NCBI GenBank assembly: GCA_902521635.1 | Contig: CABYSI010000002.1 | Coordinates: 56,198 to 120,197, forward strand | Origin: an uncultured SAR86 cluster bacterium | Lineage (GTDB): Bacteria > Pseudomonadota > Gammaproteobacteria > Magnimaribacterales > Magnimaribacteraceae | DNA length: 64,000 bases | Direction of reading: 5' to 3' | Shown: piece by piece, positions 41,597 to 49,266 of the stretch | Position numbering within the stretch: position 1 is the stretch's first letter | Layout: each line of letters opens with the position of its first letter | Made by a program: the position numbers and the translations under genes | Notes under the pieces: model-generated | The model's database searches: none | What the model was told of the DNA's origin: nothing | The model's input: the letters and a program-made list of their open reading frames with translations, nothing else

Positions 41597-44032
41597 TTAT
41601 TGCATTAATAATTTTTTTGGAGATTGTTTTGTGATGCCGCTTATTAGGTAGTAACAAAGAGAAGAAACAACAACAATTCCTAAGAGGGGCCCCATTATCG
41701 ATATTTCTGGATAGAAGCTTGCAGTTGTTTCGAAAACTCTTGTCTCTATGAAATAGATTCCGGCATACGCAACTAAAGCTCCAAGACTTCCTGAAATTAA
41801 ACCTAATAGAGTAAACTCAAATAGAGTAGATTGTTTTATCAGGATATTTGAAGCTCCTAAAGTTCTAAGTACTGCTGACTGATGCTTCCTGACACTAAAA
41901 CCATCTTGTAAAGCTGAGAACGCTAAAAAGAGAGCACTCAATGAAGTGAGCAATAAGATAGAATTTAATGCTTGAGTAACCTGTTCAATTATTTCTTTGA
42001 TCTGTTCGATTAATTCTTCTATTGAAAATACCGAAACAGTTCTGAATTCTCTCATAAGGTCAGCAGCGAGATATTGTTTATCTGACGGAATATAAAAAGA
42101 AGTTATATAAGTAGATGAGATATCTTTAAAAAGAGATGGATGCCCAATAATAAAGAAATTTGGAGAAAAATTATCCCAATTGACTGTTCTAGTACTTTGA
42201 ACATAGGACTTAATTATTTGTTCACCTACCTTAATGAATACTTCATCTCCTATTTCTAATTTATATCTTTCAGAGATATCATCAGAAATGGAAATACCAT
42301 TATTTAAACTTTTATCAAACCATTCTCCTTTCAATATATCATTTTGTTCGGGAAGTTCTTCAATCCAAGTAATATTGAAATTTCGATCAATTATATCGTC
42401 CACATTTTGCTCATTTTTTTTAAAAATAATTGCATTGGTTACAGGGTAGAAAGGCTTAGATTTAATATTATTCTCCTGCAAGAAAGATTGCATATTTTCT
42501 TTATCCTGTGGAGTTATATTAATAGCAAAATTATTAGGAGAGTCTTCAGGAATAGAAGTTTGCCAGGATCCGAGAAGATTTTGACTTGCAGAAAATGTTA
42601 TCAGTGTTAAACCTATAGCAATCGTAAAGGCAAATATTTGGAAAGAATTACCAAATTTTCTTCGTCTAAGTTCAGATAATGCTAACAATATAGAGCTAGA
42701 AGCACCTAAACCCGTTTTATTTTTTCCAAGCAGCAAATATATGGATCCAATACCTATCGCTGAAAAGCCGATTACTCCGAAAAAGATAATTAAAGATAAG
42801 GTTAATTGATTTGTATAAAGGTAGAGAAGAAGAAAGAAAGCAGCCAGTCCCATTAGGAATACTGGAATGAAACCATAGTCGAAGGACACATCATCTTTTA
42901 ATACTCTCATCGGAGAGATAGTTATGAGTTTTGTTATGTGAGGATAAATGAAACCAAATTGGCATATCAAAACAGTCAGGCAAGTTATAAGAATTGGATA
43001 GTAACCTGGAGATGGTAATTCAGTAGGAAAATAAGATGACATCAAGTTTATAAATTGGGATTGAAGAGTCCATCCAAGTATTAGTCCAAATAATAATGTG
43101 AGGAAAGTCATGAATAGAAATAAAAGAAAATACATTGTCTTGATTTGTGTTGTTTTCATTCCAAGCGTCTTTAACATTGCAACATAACTTACATGTCTTC
43201 TAGTAAATCTTTGTGACGCAATTCCAATAGTACAAGCGGATAAAAGAACTGCTATTAATCCGCCTAGAAGAAAGAAATTTTCTGATCTATCGATAGTTCT
43301 TCCTAGTGAACTAGAGTCTTCACTTAGTACCTCTATGTCGTCTCCATTCTCTTTAATAGTCTCTAGATAGTTTCTTACATTTGCTATTTCATCTTCAGGT
43401 CCTTTAAAGAGATAATTGTATTCAACTCTACTGCCTGGTTGTATGATGTTTGTAGAGTCTACATCTTCAAAATTCATTATAGTTTTGGGAGCGAACGCAA
43501 AGTTACCAGATGCTCTGTCTGGCTCATACAGAATAGTAGCCGCAAAAATAAACTCTGAATCACCAAGAAAGATCTTATCGCCGTAAGATAAATTTAGTAA
43601 ATTTTGTAGTCTTGCATCCATCCAAACCGTTCCTAATTCAGGACTTTCTTTAGATAAAAATTTTCCAGATTTATTTTGAAGTTCCAACTTACCAATAAGA
43701 GGATAGGCATTGTCAACAGCTTTTACGGAGCTAAGTTGCATATCTTCCTCAGAAAAGATGACTGAAGCAAAGAGAACCATCTCCATAAAATCAATATCAT
43801 GGAACTCTTGTCTTTGAATCTTACTCTTAGCGGTATTTTGATTCGACTCAAATTTAAGGTTTCCGCCAAGGAATTCTTCTGTTTCAGCACTCAAGGCTTT
43901 TTCCAACCTATCGGTAAAAAGTGAAATTCCAGAAACTATTGTTATGGCAAGCACTAGAGAAACAAGTATAGAAGTCAAATAACCTGATCTAAGCTCTCTA
44001 AGGAATATTTTAAACGATAGCTTTAACAGCAT
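41597..44032 (-). CDS. ybbP: ABC transporter permease, YbbP/FtsX-like
   Basis: Two FtsX-type TM blocks, VKAVDNAYPLIG, IQPGSRV, WDNFSPNFF, LRTLGAS; follows ybbA. Confidence 0.85.
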   Translation of the reverse strand: MLLKLSFKIFLRELRSGYLTSILVSLVLAITIVSGISLFTDRLEKALSAETEEFLGGNLKFESNQNTAKSKIQRQEFHDIDFMEMVLFASVIFSEEDMQLSSVKAVDNAYPLIGKLELQNKSGKFLSKESPELGTVWMDARLQNLLNLSYGDKIFLGDSEFIFAATILYEPDRASGNFAFAPKTIMNFEDVDSTNIIQPGSRVEYNYLFKGPEDEIANVRNYLETIKENGDDIEVLSEDSSSLGRTIDRSENFFLLGGLIAVLLSACTIGIASQRFTRRHVSYVAMLKTLGMKTTQIKTMYFLLFLFMTFLTLLFGLILGWTLQSQFINLMSSYFPTELPSPGYYPILITCLTVLICQFGFIYPHITKLITISPMRVLKDDVSFDYGFIPVFLMGLAAFFLLLYLYTNQLTLSLIIFFGVIGFSAIGIGSIYLLLGKNKTGLGASSSILLALSELRRRKFGNSFQIFAFTIAIGLTLITFSASQNLLGSWQTSIPEDSPNNFAINITPQDKENMQSFLQENNIKSKPFYPVTNAIIFKKNEQNVDDIIDRNFNITWIEELPEQNDILKGEWFDKSLNNGISISDDISERYKLEIGDEVFIKVGEQIIKSYVQSTRTVNWDNFSPNFFIIGHPSLFKDISSTYITSFYIPSDKQYLAADLMREFRTVSVFSIEELIEQIKEIIEQVTQALNSILLLTSLSALFLAFSALQDGFSVRKHQSAVLRTLGASNILIKQSTLFEFTLLGLISGSLGALVAYAGIYFIETRVFETTASFYPEISIMGPLLGIVVVSSLCYYLISGITKQSPKKLLMQ

Positions 44033-44694
44033 TATTTAACTATTTTTCCTAGTTTTAGATTAATTTTTTTATCACACCTATCTGCCAGATCGTGATCATG
44101 CGTCACAATAACCAATGCATTGTCAGTTTCTGAATTGACTTCAAAAAGAAGATCAGAAACCATTTCTCCATTCTTTGGATCTAGGTTGCCAGTAGGTTCA
44201 TCGGCAAATAATATTTTTGCAGAGCAAGCAAATGCTCTTGCGATAGCTACCCTTTGCTGCTCTCCACCAGATAATTGATTTGGATAGTGATGTTCTCTTT
44301 CCTTTAACCCAACTCTATCCAAGAAATATTTTGCTCTTTCTTCTGGTTCATCTTCATCTTTTAATTCAGAAGGCAACATAACATTCTCTAAAGCGGAAAG
44401 GCTTGGGAGGAGTTCGAATGATTGGAAAACAAAACCAACTTTTTCTTTTCTTAAGAGCGCTCGTTGCTCTTCATCTAATTCATGTAAAGCCTCTTCATTT
44501 AGGAAAATTTCACCACTTGTAGCAGTGTCTAGTCCAGCTAGAAGACCTAGTAATGTTGATTTTCCAGATCCAGATGGTCCAGTTATTGCCAAAGACTGAC
44601 CTTCAAGAAGGTTAAAACTCACATCATCCAGTATGACTAATTTACTATCTCCTGAAGAGACTTCTTTCCTTAGTTTGTTTACTTCAAGGATCAT
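44032..44694 (-). CDS. ybbA: ABC transporter ATP-binding protein
   Basis: GPSGSGKST, LSGGEQQRVA, FADEPTGNLD; divergent from tesA. Confidence 0.88.
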   Translation of the reverse strand: MILEVNKLRKEVSSGDSKLVILDDVSFNLLEGQSLAITGPSGSGKSTLLGLLAGLDTATSGEIFLNEEALHELDEEQRALLRKEKVGFVFQSFELLPSLSALENVMLPSELKDEDEPEERAKYFLDRVGLKEREHHYPNQLSGGEQQRVAIARAFACSAKILFADEPTGNLDPKNGEMVSDLLFEVNSETDNALVIVTHDHDLADRCDKKINLKLGKIVK

Positions 44695-44799
44695 TTCTAT
44701 GTTTTAGTAGGTGTATTACCCAACTATAACACCTCTCAGAATCAGAATAAATCTAATTCTTTGACTATAATGCAATTTTAAATTTTTTACTCTTAAATA

Positions 44800-45408
44800 A
44801 TGAAAGCCACAATTTTATTTTTATTAGTTCTCATTGCTTCGACTACGAGCTCTGAAGAAAATAATTCAATATTGATCTATGGAGACAGTATCAGTGCTGG
44901 ATATGGAATGGAAAAAGAGAGCCAATGGTCAGAATCTCTTAAATCTTTACTATCTGATAAAGGTTTTAAAATTAGCGTTTATAACAGGAGTGTTTCTGGT
45001 GAGACAACAGGAGGAGGGTTGACGAGAATCTCTAGAATATTAGATGAATTAAAACCAACATTTTTACTACTTGAACTGGGTGGTAATGATGCCCTGAGAG
45101 GTTATCCTCCTAAAAAGATATATGAAAATCTTGATAAAATGATAGAAGCCTCAAAAAAGCGAGGCATTGAAGTCTTATTAATGCAAATTAGAATATTACC
45201 AAACTATGGAAAGAGATATCAGTCTCAGTTTGAATCAATCTATCCCACTCTATCCCAAGAAAAAGAAGTAATATTGCTACCTTTTATGTTGAATGATATT
45301 GCGCTTAAAAAAGAACTCATGTTGTCTGATGGAATTCATCCAAATAAGGATGCCCAACCTTTAATTGCAGAAATTGTTTTTAACAGTTTGAAACCTCATT
45401 TAAAATAA
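44800..45408 (+). CDS. tesA: Acyl-CoA thioesterase I / arylesterase (SGNH)
   Basis: GDSISAGYG, SVSGETT, ELGGNDALRG, DGIHP. Confidence 0.92.
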   Translation: MKATILFLLVLIASTTSSEENNSILIYGDSISAGYGMEKESQWSESLKSLLSDKGFKISVYNRSVSGETTGGGLTRISRILDELKPTFLLLELGGNDALRGYPPKKIYENLDKMIEASKKRGIEVLLMQIRILPNYGKRYQSQFESIYPTLSQEKEVILLPFMLNDIALKKELMLSDGIHPNKDAQPLIAEIVFNSLKPHLK

Positions 45409-45415
45409 GTTGAGA

Positions 45416-45988
45416 ATGAAAAAATTAAGTAAATTTTTTAATAACCCCTTATTGTTGTTAATTGCCTTTGCCTTAACGTGGGGGATAACTAGAGACTTTT
45501 TTTATTTGACTTATGTAATCATGGGACTCGTGACAATCCAAGTTATATTAGAAAAGCTTTCTCATTCTAAGGTTTCTAAACCTTTGTTTATATCATGGTG
45601 TCTGTTGATGCCTTTAGGTATTATTACGATTGCTCTACGAGATCCTATTTTTTTACAGTGGAAATTTTCAATAGTTCATTGGCTTTTCGGTTTAATTCTT
45701 ATCATTTCTAATCTTTATAGAGGTCCAATTTTACTCAATATGCTTCTATCACAATTGGGTCCACAGTCTGGTGCCACATCCTCGTCTGCTAAATCAAATG
45801 TGACCAACTTTGCGGGTTTTTTCCTTATTTTTGTTGGTTTTGTAAACTTATATTTCATATATTTCATGTCACTTGAGGCCTGGGTACAGTTTAAAATATG
45901 GGGCGTAACAATTTTAAATTTTGTAATGATGTCAGCCGCGATTGCTTATCTAATGAAAAAGGGCGAGCTAGAAACTCCTAAGGGTTAA
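45416..45988 (+). CDS. yciB: Inner-membrane protein YciB/IspZ family
   Basis: Five TMs, RDPIFLQWKFSIV, WVQFKIWG. Confidence 0.72.
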   Translation: MKKLSKFFNNPLLLLIAFALTWGITRDFFYLTYVIMGLVTIQVILEKLSHSKVSKPLFISWCLLMPLGIITIALRDPIFLQWKFSIVHWLFGLILIISNLYRGPILLNMLLSQLGPQSGATSSSAKSNVTNFAGFFLIFVGFVNLYFIYFMSLEAWVQFKIWGVTILNFVMMSAAIAYLMKKGELETPKG

Positions 45989-46147
45989 ATTTAACTCTCA
46001 ATAGCACCTCAAAAGTTACAAAAAAAAGCATTAAAAAAAATTGCACTGCGACCTTTAAAAGGGCATAGTGAATGTTCGAAAAGGATTTCTTAGTGTTTAT
46101 GAAATAGTTTTTAGAGGATAAAAAAACTATTTTTTAGGGGAAAAAAC

Positions 46148-49114
46148 ATGAAAAATAGATCCTTATTACTTTTAGGTTCTCTTCTAATTCTTTCAACAAA
46201 TTTATTCTCAGATGATGAGGATGTGGACAGAGGTGGAATAGAAGAAATTACTGTAACTGCAGAGAAAAGAACTTCAACAGTCTCTGATACTTCAATGTCC
46301 ATAACTGCATTTGATTCTTCATTACTTGAAGATCTGGGTATGCAAGGTGCAGATGACCTAATGGACCAACTTCCAGCTACAACTCGTGATGCTTTTGATG
46401 TCAGAATTCGTGGCGTAGGAAGAAACTTTAGAGCGCTCGGTGGTGATCCAGGTGTTGCGACTTATTACAACGGTATTTATTCACCTGATTTTGGCATAGC
46501 AGCCTCTGAAAACTATTTATATGATGTTGAAAGAGTCGAAGTTTTAAGAGGCCCTCAGGGTACTTTATATGGACGTAATTCCATAGGTGGAGCCATCAAC
46601 TACATCACTAAAAAACCTGCTTTTGAGGCAGAGGGTGAAATTAGAACTGTATTAGGAGACTATGGACTAGAACAATATTTTTTAATGTCTTCCGCACCAA
46701 TAACTGAAGATATTGCCTACAGATTAACAGCTATAACAGTAGAAAGAGATGGGGTCCAAAAAAGTATAGGACCTGGTCCAGATACAAACTCACTTGATGA
46801 CGAAAATTTAACTTTTACACTACTCTGGAACATTAATGATGATATGTCTTTGCAAATAAGAGCTAATGATAGATTGTCAGATAGAGTTATTAACAATAAT
46901 GTGCTTCTTACAGAGGGTTACGGACCTAATAGAGGAACAAGAAATACAACTGATGCGGTATATGGATTAAGGGGTGCAGCAGCTAGCACACCTGGAGCAG
47001 TAGCTTTTACTAATCCAATCACAGGACAAGTAGGATATGGGGCACCTTTAAGACCTGGTGTAGATGCTTCAGGTTTCCCGTGGAGATTTAATCCTGCCTA
47101 TGGTTCAACCGGTCCAGATGTAATAGGAACTTATGATGTTAACGTAAATAATGATCAAAACTGCAATGATTTTCCTTACGGCCCTCCAGGATGTGCTGCA
47201 AATCATGTTATGTTTGAACAGGAGGGTATTCAGTCTAAGTACACGTGGGATTTAAATGATAGAACAACAATCACTTATCTATTTGGTAAAGTAGATTTTA
47301 ATTATACCTTTAACATTGATCTTGATAATATTAATTCAGATTTCTCGCAGTACAGAACAACTGTTTTAGAAGACGTTCACATGACTACTCATGAGATAAA
47401 TGTAAACTGGATGATTGGTGACGATGTTGAGATGACTTCTGGTGTCTTTATTATGGATGAAAATAGACAACAGAATTATACATTAAGTAATAATGTTCCT
47501 TATATAACTCAAGCAGCAAATTATGGTTTACTAGATTCAAGTCTAGCTTTCATAGGTGTTCCTGCATCAATTATGGGAATTCTTGGTTGGCCTAGTGATG
47601 CGCTAACTCCCCATGTAAAAGTTGGTTCTGCTCCTCTAGGAGCGACAATCACTGGAAGATGGCAAGGAGATCCCTTAGGGTCTGTTTATAATCATAAGAA
47701 TGAGAATCAAACAGACGCCATAGCATATTTTACCCAAGGAACATGGCAAATAAATGATACTTGGGCTCTTACTTTAGGGGCAAGATATGCTGAAGACGAA
47801 AAAGAAGCTCTAGAAGCTAGAGGTGGTTACGCAGAGCTATTCGCCGGTCCAGTTGGTGCTTACCTTCCTTTTGCAAACCTTTTAGCTGGAAATCCATACA
47901 TTCCTATCGGAGAGGATTCAACAGTTGAGGCTTCTACTAATGTAGCAATGGGTAATGCTACTTGGAATTATAATCCAGCTACTCTTGCGCAGTTAACTGC
48001 TCTAGCTGGTGCTGGCTTATTGCCTGCTGCGGCTATCTACCCGGGATCAATAGATCCAGCTCAACCAATTACCCCGAAATGTGAAATTACTGCATCAGCA
48101 TCATGTGCAACACCTTTGAGGGTCGGTCAGGGTATACCATACTCATATACAAGTAGCATTGGAGGAGAAGATTCTTGGGACGATACGAATATCAGGGTTA
48201 ATGTTGATTATGAGCCTAATGAAAATCAACTTTGGTATCTATCTTATACAACTGGTTTTAGAGCTGGAGGGTATGCTTTAGGTGTTTCTGGACAAAGAGA
48301 TGATGCTAGAGATGCAAATGGAGTTCCAAATGGTACTGGATCAGTTTTAGTTAGTTATGATGAAGAAACTGTGGAAGCAGTTGAACTTGGTTATAAAGGT
48401 CTTCATTTAGATGACACCTTACAAATTTTTGCTTCCATATATCATTATGACTATGAAGGTTATCAAGATGAATTGGAACAATTTGATCCAATACGTGGCG
48501 CCGGTGCAAACTTTGTTTCTAATGCTAATGGCATTACAAATAGGGGCTTTGAAATCGAAATTCAATATCAAGCCAATGACCGTCTTAATATAGCTGGAAA
48601 CTATAGTTTCACTGAAACTGAGTATGGAGAAGATTATTTTGTCCTGACAGTCGATGATCCTACAAATCCAGTTGCTGTATTTGGACAATGTACTCAAGGA
48701 TATGTTACTTGCGAAGATGACAATCCAGCATTTGTAACTGATTACACTGTAAATTTAAAAGGTGGACCTCTAAAAGGTATTCCAGAAGATAAATTCACAC
48801 TTAATATTACTTATGAAATGGATTCTCGTTGGGGCCCGATATGGTTATTTGCTACACATTCTTACACCGGAGAGTTTTCAGCCTCAGGGGTACAAAGAGA
48901 ACTAGATAGAATTGAGTCCAGAGAAATTACAAATTTAAGTGCATCTTGGTACAGCGAAGATGGAAACATAAATATAAGAGCTTACATAGATAATTTAATG
49001 GATAATGATATGTACTACGCATTATCGGCCGATAGCGCAGAACAGAATTTTAGAAAGACTGTAAGTGCTCTGAGTCCACGAACTATGGGCGTGGATATTA
49101 GATATAAATTTTAA
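46148..49114 (+). CDS. TonB-dependent receptor (TBDR5)
   Basis: EEITVTAEKR, RGVGRNFRALGGDPGV, EVLRGPQGTLYGRN, C-terminal YKF. Confidence 0.93.
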   Translation: MKNRSLLLLGSLLILSTNLFSDDEDVDRGGIEEITVTAEKRTSTVSDTSMSITAFDSSLLEDLGMQGADDLMDQLPATTRDAFDVRIRGVGRNFRALGGDPGVATYYNGIYSPDFGIAASENYLYDVERVEVLRGPQGTLYGRNSIGGAINYITKKPAFEAEGEIRTVLGDYGLEQYFLMSSAPITEDIAYRLTAITVERDGVQKSIGPGPDTNSLDDENLTFTLLWNINDDMSLQIRANDRLSDRVINNNVLLTEGYGPNRGTRNTTDAVYGLRGAAASTPGAVAFTNPITGQVGYGAPLRPGVDASGFPWRFNPAYGSTGPDVIGTYDVNVNNDQNCNDFPYGPPGCAANHVMFEQEGIQSKYTWDLNDRTTITYLFGKVDFNYTFNIDLDNINSDFSQYRTTVLEDVHMTTHEINVNWMIGDDVEMTSGVFIMDENRQQNYTLSNNVPYITQAANYGLLDSSLAFIGVPASIMGILGWPSDALTPHVKVGSAPLGATITGRWQGDPLGSVYNHKNENQTDAIAYFTQGTWQINDTWALTLGARYAEDEKEALEARGGYAELFAGPVGAYLPFANLLAGNPYIPIGEDSTVEASTNVAMGNATWNYNPATLAQLTALAGAGLLPAAAIYPGSIDPAQPITPKCEITASASCATPLRVGQGIPYSYTSSIGGEDSWDDTNIRVNVDYEPNENQLWYLSYTTGFRAGGYALGVSGQRDDARDANGVPNGTGSVLVSYDEETVEAVELGYKGLHLDDTLQIFASIYHYDYEGYQDELEQFDPIRGAGANFVSNANGITNRGFEIEIQYQANDRLNIAGNYSFTETEYGEDYFVLTVDDPTNPVAVFGQCTQGYVTCEDDNPAFVTDYTVNLKGGPLKGIPEDKFTLNITYEMDSRWGPIWLFATHSYTGEFSASGVQRELDRIESREITNLSASWYSEDGNINIRAYIDNLMDNDMYYALSADSAEQNFRKTVSALSPRTMGVDIRYKF

Positions 49115-49127
49115 ATTTGTATCATTG

Positions 49128-49158
49128 AAAAGACAGGCCTTTTGGCCTGTTTTTTTTT
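49128..49158 (+). terminator. Intrinsic terminator after TBDR5
   Basis: ACAGGCC-TTTT-GGCCTG-T9. Confidence 0.88.
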
Positions 49159-49266
49159 GTTGCAAAGCAAAATGAAACTATGCTAATGTAGTTTCTAGGG
49201 GAGACCTACAGGGTCTTTATTTAAATGGAATTAAGCAGTGACAACTGCACTTTTGGGGAGGATGCC

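Noticed and set aside
44032-44694. YbbA-like ATPase as the missing Opp ATPase
   Set aside because: It is LolD/YbbA-type, coupled to its own permease, and lacks the OppD/F C-terminal extension.
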